In this document: in pieces, positions 26,745 through 36,166 of the stretch | How positions within the stretch are numbered: position 1 is the first letter of the stretch | Layout: every line of letters starts with the position of its first letter | Assembly: GCA_041659505.1 (NCBI GenBank) | Contig: JBAZYF010000001.1 | Span: 566,712 to 630,711 of the forward strand | Reading direction: 5' to 3' | DNA from: Parcubacteria group bacterium | GTDB lineage: Bacteria > Patescibacteriota > Minisyncoccia > Moranbacterales > UBA2206 | DNA: 64,000 nucleotides | The notes under the pieces: generated by a model | Seen by the model: only the letters and a program-made list of their open reading frames with translations | Told to the model about the DNA's origin: nothing | Databases searched by the model: none | Made by a program: the position numbers and the translations under genes

Positions 26745-26821
26745 AAAATAGTAAGGCGTTTAAAAATTAATAATTCGTATGTCCCCCGTTCGTAGTGGGG
26801 GTTCGCGAAGCGAATAACTTT

Positions 26822-29800
26822 ATGATGGATTCAATCACTAACACCAAGACCAGCAATTTCTCCAGCGTGCGGCTGAAAATTGCCAGCCCGGAGGAAATCT
26901 TGGAATGGTCCAATGGCGAAGTAACGAAGCCGGAGACGATCAACTACCGGACTCAGCGTTATGAAAAAGATGGACTATTCTGCGAGAAAATTTTCGGACC
27001 TTCCCGGGACTGGGAATGTTATTGCGGAAAATATAAACGCATCCGCTACAAAGGCATTGTCTGCGACAAGTGCGGAGTGGAAGTGACCAGAAGCGTCGTG
27101 CGACGTGAACGGATGGGGCACATCAAACTTTCCGTGCCGGTTTCACATATCTGGTTTTTGCGGGGCGTGCCATCAAAAATTGGTCTGGCGCTGGGAATGG
27201 GTGTGCAAGATTTGGAGCGCGTGATTTATTTCTCGAGCTATGTGGTTTTGAGCGTGGACGAAGCAGAAAAGGAAAAAGCGCTGGCTCAGATCGAGCAAGA
27301 AGTGAAATCCAAGCAGAAAGAACTGGAAAAGAATTTTCAAGACGAAGAAGATAAGAAACGAACTAAATTGGAAGGACTGAAGGAAATCTACCGTAGTTCT
27401 AAGGAAGAATTGAAGGGTCTGCGTAAATATCAGATTATTTCCGAAATTGAATATTTCAATCTTTCTTCTCGTTATGGACAAGTCTTCACCGCCGGAATTG
27501 GCGCGGAAGCGATCAGAAAACTTTTGTCAGAATTGAATATGGAAGAGGAGATCGCTAAATATAAGGCGATGCTCGAGAGCGAGGAAGAAATCGCGGACAA
27601 GAAAAAAGTGATGAAGCGGATCAAACTGTTGAATGGTTTGGTGAACGCTAAACTCAAACCAGAGTGGATGCTGCCTGTCGTTATCCCTGTTATCCCACCG
27701 GATTTGCGACCGATGGTGGCCTTGGACGGAGGACGTTTTGCGACTTCTGACATTAATGACCTTTATCGTCGCATTATTAATCGCAATAACCGGTTGAAAA
27801 AACTGATGGAAATTGGTGCACCGGAAGTGATTACGAGAAACGAAAAGAGAATGCTGCAAGAAGCGGTGGATGCTCTTTTTGACAATAGCGCGCGAAAATC
27901 ACAAGTCAGTGTGGCGGCTTCAACTGGACAACGCAGAGCTTTGAAATCCCTGGCGGACACTTTGAAAGGTAAACAAGGTCGTTTCCGTCAGAACCTTTTG
28001 GGAAAACGCGTCGACTATTCCGGACGAAGTGTGATCGTGGTCGGACCGAAATTGAAATTGCACCAATGCGGATTGCCAAAGAAAATGGCGTTGGAACTTT
28101 TCAAACCGTTTATTATCAACAAACTAATCGAAAGAGAATTGGCCTATAATGTCCGCTCAGCCGGAAAAATGGTCGAAGCAGAATCGGAAGAAGCTTATGA
28201 TATCTTGGATGAGATTATTTCGCATCATTATGTACTTTTGAACCGCGCTCCAACACTGCATCGTTTGTCGATCCAAGCTTTTCAACCGGTGTTGATCGAA
28301 GGCAAGGCGATTCAGATCCACCCGATGGTTTGCTCGGCTTTCAATGCGGACTTCGATGGTGACCAGATGGCGGTGCATGTGCCACTGACTGACAAAGCGC
28401 GTTGGGAAAGTGCCAATTTGATGCTATCTTCCAAAAATCTTTTGAAACCAGCCAGCGGCGAACCGATCATTTCTCCAACCCTGGATATGGTGCTCGGTTG
28501 CTATTACATCACCCACATTCTCGCCGGCGCGAAAGGTGAAGGCCGAATTTTTGGCTCTGCTGATGAAGCAATTATGGCGCAGGAATTGGGACAAGTTGAT
28601 GTGCGCGCGAAAATTAAGGTGCGCTTGAACGGGGAGATGCTAGAAACTTCTATCGGAAGGATTCGTCTGAATAATATTATTCCAATCGAACTGGGTTTCC
28701 AAAATTATGAAATGACCAAGAAGGAATTAAAATCCCTGGTGGCAAAAGTTTTGGAGCTTTGCGGACAAGAAACGACAGCAATCTTTGTGGATGAAATTAA
28801 AAATCTTGGTTTTGCTTCTGTCACAAAATCGGGAATCAGTTGGGGAATGGACGACTTGCAAGTGCCGACGGACAAGCAAGAGATTATGGACGAAGCAGAG
28901 ACGAAAGTGGATGTGGTTAAAAAGCAATATAATCTGGGACTTTTGACGGAAAGTGAGCGCAAAGGCAAAGTGATTGAAATTTGGAATGATACGAAAAACA
29001 AAATCACGGATCGTGTGCGTGAATCGATGGACAAAGAAGGACCAGTTTATTCGATGGTCTATTCCAAAGCCCGTGGATCAGAATCCGTGGTGGTGCAGAT
29101 GGCCGGTATGAAGGGTCTGATGGCCGGACCAACTGGAGAAACAATCGAACTGCCGATCAAGAGTTGTTTCAAAGAAGGAATGAATGTGTTGGAATATTTC
29201 ATCTCCACTCATGGCGCGAGAAAAGGTATGGCGGACACTGCTCTTCGAACAGCGACTGCCGGATATCTGACGCGCCGTCTCGTGGACGTGGCGCAGGATG
29301 TGATTGTGCGTGAAGAGGATTGTCATGACACTGAGGGAGCATATATTTACAAAGAAGATTCAGATCGCATTGGACAAAATTTTGCCAGTCGTTCCGTCGG
29401 TCGTGTGCTTTCGGAAGATATCTTGGACGCCAAAGGCAAAGTTGTTTTGGAAACCGGCAAGATGATCACCAAAGAAGACGCGGAATTGATTGAAAAAGCC
29501 ATGCCGGAAAAAATCAAGATCAGAACTGTCGCGACTTGCAAAACTCCGCGCGGAGTTTGTCAGAAATGCTATGGAATGGACTTGGGACGGGGACATTTGG
29601 TGGAAGTTGGACAAGCAGTGGGAATTGTGGCCGCGCAAGCGATTGGCGAGCCAGGAACCCAGCTCACTATGCGTACTTTCCACATTGGAGGTATTGCCGG
29701 ATCGGACATCACCCAAGGTTTGCCTCGTGTGGAAGAAATTTTTGAAGCGCGTCCTCCAAAGGGAGAAGCGATCATTTCGGAAATTGATGGTAAAGTGACG

Positions 29801-30415
29801 GAAATTGAACACACTGACAAATCCGTAATTGTAAAAATTGAATCGACTGACACGGTGGATCTGGTCAAGGAATATCAAATCTCAATCGGCAGTACTTTGA
29901 AAGTCGCCGTGGGAGATCTTGTGGTCAAGGGAACACAACTCAGCGAAGGTCACATTGATCTGCGAAAACTCTATGAAACAATGGGACGAGAAGCAGTGCA
30001 TCGCTATATCACTCGGGAAATTCAAGATGTGTACGCATCGCAAGGTGAAGGCATCAATGACAAGCACATTGAAGTGATCGTGCGCCAAATGTTCAGTCGC
30101 GTTTCAATTGTGACGGAAGGCGACAGTGACTTCTTGCCTGGAGATATTTTTGAAATCGATGAGTTTAATGAAGCTAATTTGCGCGCGAAAGCCAAGGGTG
30201 GCGAAGAAGCGACTGGTGAGCGGATTCTTTTGGGAATTACAAAAGTAGCTCTTTCCACGGAAAGCTTCCTTTCCGCAGCGTCCTTTCAAGAAACTGCTCG
30301 CGTGCTCATCAATGCCGCTGTTTCTGGCAAAGAAGACAAATTGCGTGGTCTCAAAGAAAACGTAATCATCGGAAAATTGATCCCAGCGGGAACTGGCTTT
30401 CATCGGCAAGACTAA
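26822..30415 (+). CDS. rpoC: DNA-directed RNA polymerase subunit beta'
   Basis: Zn-finger CX2C..CX2C, NADFDGD catalytic motif, trigger-loop and bridge-helix regions; start taken at the MMDSITN Met. Confidence 0.95.
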   Translation: MMDSITNTKTSNFSSVRLKIASPEEILEWSNGEVTKPETINYRTQRYEKDGLFCEKIFGPSRDWECYCGKYKRIRYKGIVCDKCGVEVTRSVVRRERMGHIKLSVPVSHIWFLRGVPSKIGLALGMGVQDLERVIYFSSYVVLSVDEAEKEKALAQIEQEVKSKQKELEKNFQDEEDKKRTKLEGLKEIYRSSKEELKGLRKYQIISEIEYFNLSSRYGQVFTAGIGAEAIRKLLSELNMEEEIAKYKAMLESEEEIADKKKVMKRIKLLNGLVNAKLKPEWMLPVVIPVIPPDLRPMVALDGGRFATSDINDLYRRIINRNNRLKKLMEIGAPEVITRNEKRMLQEAVDALFDNSARKSQVSVAASTGQRRALKSLADTLKGKQGRFRQNLLGKRVDYSGRSVIVVGPKLKLHQCGLPKKMALELFKPFIINKLIERELAYNVRSAGKMVEAESEEAYDILDEIISHHYVLLNRAPTLHRLSIQAFQPVLIEGKAIQIHPMVCSAFNADFDGDQMAVHVPLTDKARWESANLMLSSKNLLKPASGEPIISPTLDMVLGCYYITHILAGAKGEGRIFGSADEAIMAQELGQVDVRAKIKVRLNGEMLETSIGRIRLNNIIPIELGFQNYEMTKKELKSLVAKVLELCGQETTAIFVDEIKNLGFASVTKSGISWGMDDLQVPTDKQEIMDEAETKVDVVKKQYNLGLLTESERKGKVIEIWNDTKNKITDRVRESMDKEGPVYSMVYSKARGSESVVVQMAGMKGLMAGPTGETIELPIKSCFKEGMNVLEYFISTHGARKGMADTALRTATAGYLTRRLVDVAQDVIVREEDCHDTEGAYIYKEDSDRIGQNFASRSVGRVLSEDILDAKGKVVLETGKMITKEDAELIEKAMPEKIKIRTVATCKTPRGVCQKCYGMDLGRGHLVEVGQAVGIVAAQAIGEPGTQLTMRTFHIGGIAGSDITQGLPRVEEIFEARPPKGEAIISEIDGKVTEIEHTDKSVIVKIESTDTVDLVKEYQISIGSTLKVAVGDLVVKGTQLSEGHIDLRKLYETMGREAVHRYITREIQDVYASQGEGINDKHIEVIVRQMFSRVSIVTEGDSDFLPGDIFEIDEFNEANLRAKAKGGEEATGERILLGITKVALSTESFLSAASFQETARVLINAAVSGKEDKLRGLKENVIIGKLIPAGTGFHRQD

Positions 30416-30439
30416 AAGTTAAAATAGCCGTAATTTTCA

Positions 30440-30472
30440 AAAAGCACCTTGAGAAATCGAGGTGCTTTTTGG
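30440..30472 (+). terminator. rho-independent terminator after rpoC
   Basis: AAGCACCT..AGGTGCTT followed by TTTTTGG. Confidence 0.65.
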
Positions 30473-30571
30473 TTGTATTATTTTGAAAGTTGGATTATAC
30501 TGATAAATAATAATAGGATAATCTAGATTTAATAATTTATCAAGAATAGATTTCTTACTTCCTCAAAAGCT

Positions 30572-30970
30572 ATGGAAAAAAAAATGAATAAAACTACAAA
30601 AAAGAAGATCCTGATTATTGAAGATCAACAGGTTTTTATTGATATGTTTGGAGGTAAATTGAAACAAGATGGCTTTCAAGTTTCTGTGGCGATGAATGGA
30701 GCGTGGGGCATCAAAGAAGCGTTGGAAAATGACTTTGATCTTCTAGTGATTGACATGGTGATGCCTGCAATGAACGGAGAAGAGATTGTGGCGAAATTAA
30801 AAATAGAAGAGAAAACGAAAAATCTTCCCATTATAGTTTTGTCAGCTTCGGTTGATGAGGAAGCGCAAAAACGCGTTGAACAGATGGGTATCGTAGTCTT
30901 TTTTATCAAAACGCATATTACGCCGAGTGATCTTTCGCGTAAGATTACAGAAATCTTGAATCCTGCTTGA
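30572..30970 (+). CDS. stand-alone response-regulator receiver domain (CheY-like)
   Basis: KILIIEDQ, LLVIDMVMPAMNG, IIVLSAS, ..FIKTHI motifs. Confidence 0.8.
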   Translation: MEKKMNKTTKKKILIIEDQQVFIDMFGGKLKQDGFQVSVAMNGAWGIKEALENDFDLLVIDMVMPAMNGEEIVAKLKIEEKTKNLPIIVLSASVDEEAQKRVEQMGIVVFFIKTHITPSDLSRKITEILNPA

Positions 30971-31009
30971 CTTTTCCGAATTTGTGGTGTATACTATAAA
31001 GGTAATAAA

Positions 31010-31040
31010 GAGAGCGGGTGAGCCCGCTTTCTTTTTATTT
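31010..31040 (+). terminator. rho-independent terminator
   Basis: AGCGGG-TGA-CCCGCT followed by TTCTTTTTATTTT. Confidence 0.65.
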
Positions 31041-31098
31041 TAATCAAAAATCTCTGTGATCGGGAGCTTAATTCTCGAGCAGGGACAAAAACAAAAAT

Positions 31099-31248
31099 AT
31101 GAAAAAAGCAAAAGAAGTGTGCAAATGCCCTGATTGTGTGAAGCGGGCGACAATGGACGCGGAAAACGAACTGATGAATTTCGCCATCCTTCTGGCTCTG
31201 ATGCCAGCGCTGACCATCACCTTTTTGAGTAATGCCGGTTTTTTCTAA
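31099..31248 (+). CDS. possible small protein (49 aa; N-terminal CKCPDC, C-terminal hydrophobic tail), below the ORF-track threshold
   Basis: ORF MKKAKEVCKCPDCVKRATMDAENELMNFAILLALMPALTITFLSNAGFF; weak RBS; stop sits inside a hairpin. Confidence 0.25.
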   Translation: MKKAKEVCKCPDCVKRATMDAENELMNFAILLALMPALTITFLSNAGFF

Positions 31249-31268
31249 AAACCGCAATTTTAGGAGTT

Positions 31269-31434
31269 GCGCGTTTCACCTCACAGTCGTATTTTCTAAA
31301 AAAATAACTCGAACGCTCTTTTTTCTTTTCAAAATTTTCCCTCTATCAACGGCAACCAATGGAAAATTTTGAAGAAAAAAGGCATTCTCAGGCAGGATTT
31401 TTTTAGAAAATACGACTGACTCGGGTAAACGCGC
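31269..31434. repeat. long imperfect inverted repeat (two about 72-bp arms around a 20-nt centre CTCTATCAACGGCAACCAAT) upstream of ftsK; ATTTTCTAAAAA occurs three times
   Basis: Reverse complement of the right arm matches the left arm over most positions. Confidence 0.55.
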
Positions 31435-31520
31435 AAATCCTGTTTATAATTAAGCAGCCTTCTAAAAGGGGCTCGCCCCGTTATCGCGTAGCGATTTTAC
31501 GGGGTTTTATATTTTAGGAA

Positions 31521-31533
31521 TTTGTGCTAAACT
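31521..31533 (+). promoter_or_regulatory. TTGTGCTAAACTA extended -10-like motif 8 nt upstream of the ftsK ATG
   Basis: Same 13-mer as at 20296. Confidence 0.35.
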
Positions 31534-31541
31534 ATGACCAT

Positions 31542-33944
31542 ATGGGACGAAAAAAAAAGCTACAAAAAGAAAATAGCGCGAACAATAAAAACCAGGATTC
31601 GTATGAGTCTGACGGAACGGCGAAAAACAAATTGGATTTTTCGCTTTCGAGAGATGTCAAAAGAAATGTGGCCGGAGTGATTCTTTTCACTTTGGCGCTT
31701 TTGACTGCCTTGGGTTTTTTTGGCTATGCCGGGGTGGCCGGAGATTTTTTGAATAAAATAGTTGGTCAAGCGATCGGTTGGACGAAATTTATTTTTCCGA
31801 TTTTTCTTGTCTTAGCTGGTATCATTTTATTTTTTCGCAAAGAAACAATTTTTTATGTAACAAAGTTAATTGGCCTCGCAGTGGTATTTTTGAGCATTAC
31901 GGGACTATTCCACTGGTTTTTTGCCGCTTCCAAGATGCAAAAAATGGCCGAGGCCGGAAAAGGTGGTGGCTATCTTGGCTACGCCGTGGCTTATGGTTCG
32001 ATCAAATATTTGGGCAATGCGGGAAGTTTGGTGGTCATTTTAGCCCTTTTGCTTTTGGGTGTGATTATTGCTTTTGAATTTTCGATCGTTAATTTCATTG
32101 AGCGATTCAGGAGAGAAAAAAATGATCAAGAAAGTAGCGAGCTTGATGATGCTGTCGATGATGCTTTGCCGCTGGAGTCGGAGCAGATTTTTCCAGTGGA
32201 GGAGGAAAGAGATGCTGATGTGCTATTGATGCAAAAAGAAAAAGAAGCTTTGGCAAAAGAAAATATTGCCAAGATTAAATTTGTCGAAGGGCGGGATCAG
32301 TTCGTCTCTTCCGAACTTAATAAGAATGAAGATGATGTGGAAGATGGACTTTTTTTACATAAAAGTATGGCGGCGGGAGCTGCCCATGGAGCGGGAAGAA
32401 AATCGAAAGCAAAGTGGAAATTTCCACCGGTGGATATCTTAGAAAAAGCTTCTGGCGTGGCTAAGGGCGGTGATGTTGATCTGAACGCGCAACTGATCGA
32501 GGATGCCCTGCGCAATTTTGGAATTGAAGTGGAACGGGGAGAAATCAAGACTGGACCATCCGTGACGCAATACAGTTTCCGTCCGGCAGTTGGAGTGAAA
32601 ATTGCTAAGATTTTGGCTTTGCAAAATGATCTTTCGCTGGCCTTGGCTGCTCCGATCCGGATCGAGGCGCCGATTCCGGGAAAATCGATGATTGGAATCG
32701 AAGTGCCGAACAAGAGCTCTTCCTTGGTGCGCTTGCGGTCAATTTTGGAGAGCAAAGATTTTAAGAATCGCAAATCCAATTTGACGATCGTGATCGGAGA
32801 GGATGTGAGTGGCAACTATATTTTTGGCAGTCTGGACAAGATGCCCCATCTGATGGTTGCGGGAGCGACCGGAACAGGAAAGTCGGTTTGCGTCAATTCG
32901 ATCATCACGATGCTGCTCTATCAAAATTCTCCCGAAGAGTTGCAGTTTATTATGGTTGATCCAAAACGGGTTGAATTGTCACTCTACAACGGCATCGGAC
33001 ATCTTTTGACGCCGGTGATTGTGGAAAATTCCAAAGTGGTCAATGCGCTGAGATGGGCGGTGTCCGAGATGGAAAAACGCTATAAGTTATTTCAGGAAGT
33101 TGGAGTGCGTGACATCATTTCCTATAAAGAAAAAATCAAAAATGGTGAAACAAGAAAATTGGTCGACTCAGAAACTGGTGAAGTAAGTGAGGAAGATTTG
33201 AAAAATATTCCCTATATCGTAATTGTCGTGGATGAACTGGCTGATCTGATGGGCAGTCATGGGAAAGAAGTGGAAGGCGCGATTGTGCGAATTGCGCAGA
33301 TGGCGCGGGCTGTGGGCATCCATTTGATCGTTTCCACCCAGCGTCCGTCTGTCGAGGTCATCACTGGTCTCATCAAAGCGAACATCACCACCAGAATTTC
33401 TTTCCAAGTGGCAACCCAGATCGATTCGCGCACAATCTTGGATATGGCGGGCGCGGAAAAACTTTTGGGCAAGGGCGATTGCCTCTATCTCAGTGCCAAC
33501 TCTCCCAAGCCGCAACGGATCCAGGGTGTCTTTGTGACAGAAAAAGAGGTGAAGGAAATTGTTAAATTTATCAAAGACGAGAATAAGCGTGACATCGTCG
33601 AGGAGGAAAAAGCGTCTGAAATCACTTCCGGCGGAGCTAGTTCTCCCGCCCAGGAACTGGACAATTTCAACGGGTTTAATGATGAGAATAATGATGAGCT
33701 CTACGAAGCGGCGAAAAAAGAAATAATGCAGTCTAAAAAAGCTTCTGCTTCATTTTTGCAGCGGCGTTTGCGCGTGGGATATGCCAGAGCGGCAAGACTT
33801 CTTGATATCCTGGAAGAAAAAGGCGTAGTTGGACCGGCTGACGGAGCAAAAGCGCGTGAAATCTATGGTCTTCCCGAAGAAGCCGGAACGGTCTATAATG
33901 ATGATAATGCTGATCAACAGAAGCGGGATAAGTGGGAGATGTAA
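31542..33944 (+). CDS. ftsK: DNA translocase FtsK/SpoIIIE (N-terminal TM domain, acidic linker, motor, gamma wHTH)
   Basis: GATGTGKSVCVNSIITML Walker A, VIVVDELADLM Walker B, C-terminal SFLQRRLRVGYARAARLLDILEEKGVV gamma domain. Confidence 0.9.
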   Translation: MGRKKKLQKENSANNKNQDSYESDGTAKNKLDFSLSRDVKRNVAGVILFTLALLTALGFFGYAGVAGDFLNKIVGQAIGWTKFIFPIFLVLAGIILFFRKETIFYVTKLIGLAVVFLSITGLFHWFFAASKMQKMAEAGKGGGYLGYAVAYGSIKYLGNAGSLVVILALLLLGVIIAFEFSIVNFIERFRREKNDQESSELDDAVDDALPLESEQIFPVEEERDADVLLMQKEKEALAKENIAKIKFVEGRDQFVSSELNKNEDDVEDGLFLHKSMAAGAAHGAGRKSKAKWKFPPVDILEKASGVAKGGDVDLNAQLIEDALRNFGIEVERGEIKTGPSVTQYSFRPAVGVKIAKILALQNDLSLALAAPIRIEAPIPGKSMIGIEVPNKSSSLVRLRSILESKDFKNRKSNLTIVIGEDVSGNYIFGSLDKMPHLMVAGATGTGKSVCVNSIITMLLYQNSPEELQFIMVDPKRVELSLYNGIGHLLTPVIVENSKVVNALRWAVSEMEKRYKLFQEVGVRDIISYKEKIKNGETRKLVDSETGEVSEEDLKNIPYIVIVVDELADLMGSHGKEVEGAIVRIAQMARAVGIHLIVSTQRPSVEVITGLIKANITTRISFQVATQIDSRTILDMAGAEKLLGKGDCLYLSANSPKPQRIQGVFVTEKEVKEIVKFIKDENKRDIVEEEKASEITSGGASSPAQELDNFNGFNDENNDELYEAAKKEIMQSKKASASFLQRRLRVGYARAARLLDILEEKGVVGPADGAKAREIYGLPEEAGTVYNDDNADQQKRDKWEM

Positions 33945-33948
33945 AAAT

Positions 33949-33977
33949 ATTTTGAGGTCACGATTTGTGACCTCAAA
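33949..33977. terminator. bidirectional terminator between ftsK and the convergent TrmB gene
   Basis: TTTTGAGGTCAC-GATTT-GTGACCTCAAAA perfect 12-bp stem. Confidence 0.65.
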
Positions 33978-34015
33978 ACAGAGATGTTATTGCATATTGC
34001 GCCTCAGGCGCTTTT

Positions 34016-34816
34016 TTATTTCCCTATGTTGGAATATCCAAGATAGCTCTTGCGGTCTTTTTCGACCAAGTCCCAGATCATTTCAAAGAGTTGGCGAAAA
34101 ATGGTTGCCATATCAGCGTTTCTGAAGATGACCCCAAAAAGATATCTTTGTGAAACAATTGCGACAGAATCATCTAAGATCATTATTTCCAAGTTGCTAT
34201 TATATTTATCAATCCTGATGGCTTTGACATTTATATTATACTTTTCAAGCACTTCGTTATTTAGATATTTTTCGATTATTTTAGGATGGAAGGATGTGAG
34301 GGCTCTTCTTTTGATTTTGTATTTTTCATGAGCTGAGTTTACTTCTAGAAAATAATCCAGAACTTCTTTGCTGGCGTCTACTTCATTGCCGAAAAAGCCG
34401 ACATATTTTCTTTCTGCTTGGTTTTTTTCGCGCATAGTATTTATGACGAAGCCATATATTTGTTTTAGTCCGGAAAGTCCTTCGTAGTAGGCCACGCTGA
34501 CTTTTTTGCCCCGTTCTTTTTTGACTGCCAATAGCTCTGGCAGTGCTCTTTTGGCCCACAGCATCCGCTCGTCCACAATTCGCCAGATATGCTCCGGTGT
34601 TTCCGCTTCGAACAGCAGTTTTTTTGCTCGCGGGATTTTGCGCACCATCCCTTTTTCTTGTAATTGTTCCAAAATAACATAGGTTGTGGGCTTTTTCAGT
34701 CCGCTTTTATTGGCGACGTTATAGGCAGTGGTCAGTCCCAATTGCAAAAGCGCCAAATAGACTTTGGCTTCTTTGTCGTTTAAACCCCAGTTTTTGACGG
34801 CTTCGATAAGATTCAT
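34016..34816 (-). CDS. TrmB-family transcriptional regulator (paralog 3)
   Basis: NDKEAKVYLALLQLGLTTAYNVANKSGLKKPTTYVILEQLQEKG wHTH. Confidence 0.8.
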   Translation of the reverse strand: MNLIEAVKNWGLNDKEAKVYLALLQLGLTTAYNVANKSGLKKPTTYVILEQLQEKGMVRKIPRAKKLLFEAETPEHIWRIVDERMLWAKRALPELLAVKKERGKKVSVAYYEGLSGLKQIYGFVINTMREKNQAERKYVGFFGNEVDASKEVLDYFLEVNSAHEKYKIKRRALTSFHPKIIEKYLNNEVLEKYNINVKAIRIDKYNSNLEIMILDDSVAIVSQRYLFGVIFRNADMATIFRQLFEMIWDLVEKDRKSYLGYSNIGK

Positions 34817-35115
34817 AATGTTATGTCATTCCCGCGGAGGCGGGAATCTAGTGTAGAAACCAACATTAACGCACTTGGCTGTATACCAGCAAAAGTTATC
34901 TTAGCATAAAGAAAAAAATTAGTCAATATTTTTGATGATAATATATATGAATAGGCTAATTGTGGCTAATAAAAAGCACAATAAGACTATATAAAAATTT
35001 GATATTCATTGACTATTATATACTTTTACGCTATAGTGGCTTGTTAGGCTGAAATTTTGAACCATTTAAAATCAGACTTTGACGGAGCTCTTTAAAAATC
35101 TAAAAAGGAGGCTGT

Positions 35116-35547
35116 ATGGTTAAAAAATCGAAGATGCAAACACAAAAGGACAAAGCCCGGGAAATTACTGGTTATCTGGTGGAATTTCTAGAAGATAACG
35201 GGATTGAATATTTTGGAGAATTTAGTGAGAAGGTTAGAAAACACTATAAACCGTTTTTTAAACCAGCGGTTCTAATGCTACTTGAAAAAAGAATCAGATG
35301 TGGAGATTTTCTGGATAATGTTATTGATAGTTTTTTTGATCTTGATGATTTTGTCGTAGCGGTGATTTCAGGAAGAAATGGCGATTTTATGGGTAGTATT
35401 GAAGATTTCTTGGCTGTTTGGTTAAAATCTGGCGAGGGTTTAGTAATGAGCGGAAACGGTTTTGCAAAAGAAGAAATGATGGTGATTCTTAAAAAATATT
35501 GGAAAAAAATCAGACTCGAAGCGGAATTACTAGAAATATCAACGTAG
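35116..35547 (+). CDS. hypothetical protein (143 aa)
   Basis: AAAAGGAGG SD; TTGACT-N17-TATAGT promoter about 80 nt upstream. Confidence 0.55.
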   Translation: MVKKSKMQTQKDKAREITGYLVEFLEDNGIEYFGEFSEKVRKHYKPFFKPAVLMLLEKRIRCGDFLDNVIDSFFDLDDFVVAVISGRNGDFMGSIEDFLAVWLKSGEGLVMSGNGFAKEEMMVILKKYWKKIRLEAELLEIST

Positions 35548-35593
35548 TAGAAAATATCCATGCCATGACTTTAAAAACTGAAAAGGAGGACTA

Positions 35594-35866
35594 GTGATGA
35601 TTTTAGCTTGTATTTGTGGAGAAAAATTTTCGGAAAGAGAGGAAATCGTCGTCTGTCGTAAATGCAGAAAGAGGTTTTCTCAGAAAGAAGAACATTACCA
35701 GGAAGTAATCGCCTTAATAGATCCGCTTAAACTTTGCAAATCTGGTAAGAGCAGGCTTGTAGGTGTTCCACTTGAAATGGACAATGTTTTTATAAAAAGC
35801 TCATGTCCGAATTGTGGATTCCACAACCAAAACAGAGGCGATCTTTTCTTTAAGCATTTCAGCTAG
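35594..35866 (+). CDS. zinc-ribbon protein (CxC..CxxC..CxxC, 90 aa)
   Basis: AAAAGGAGG SD; three Cys pairs. Confidence 0.5.
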   Translation: MMILACICGEKFSEREEIVVCRKCRKRFSQKEEHYQEVIALIDPLKLCKSGKSRLVGVPLEMDNVFIKSSCPNCGFHNQNRGDLFFKHFS

Positions 35867-35895
35867 TAAAAATTACTCAGAAGCAATAGCAAGGG

Positions 35896-35940
35896 AAAAG
35901 GGAATCACTCATCGCAGTGGTTCCCTTTTTAAATTTTTTG
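35896..35940 (+). terminator. rho-independent terminator
   Basis: AAGGGAA..TTCCCTT stem followed by TTTTAAATTTTTT. Confidence 0.5.
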
Positions 35941-35957
35941 ATAATTGTTACTAATCA

Positions 35958-35984
35958 AAAGACGCCCCAGCGGGGCGTCTCTAC
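35958..35984. repeat. GC-rich hairpin element, copy C (AGACGCCCCAGCGGGGCGTCTCTAC)
   Basis: Identical to copy B at 19418. Confidence 0.6.
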
Positions 35985-36117
35985 ATCTTGCTGGGGGAAT
36001 GCAAATAGGCTATACTTGAAATAATCGAAAAACAAAAATCAAAACAAAAATACGAAATAAATTAGGCCTAAATTAAAATGATGAAGGTTGTTTTTTTGTA
36101 ATTTCGTAGTAATTTGT

Positions 36118-36152
36118 CCGCCTGCAACGCTATGCGTAGCATTGCGGGCAGG
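36118..36152 (+). promoter_or_regulatory. conserved 5' leader hairpin CCGCCTGCAACGCTAT-GCGTAGCATTGCGGGCAGG, 15 nt upstream of the rodZ-like ATG
   Basis: Near-identical copy upstream of rpsL at 41047-41083; both flanked by TTCGTAG-type motifs. Confidence 0.55.
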
Positions 36153-36166
36153 TATTTTTGTAGTGT

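Noticed and set aside
27173-30409. Multiple minus-strand ORFs within rpoC (e.g. 29360..29878, 27527..27859)
   Set aside because: Shadow ORFs antisense to rpoC.
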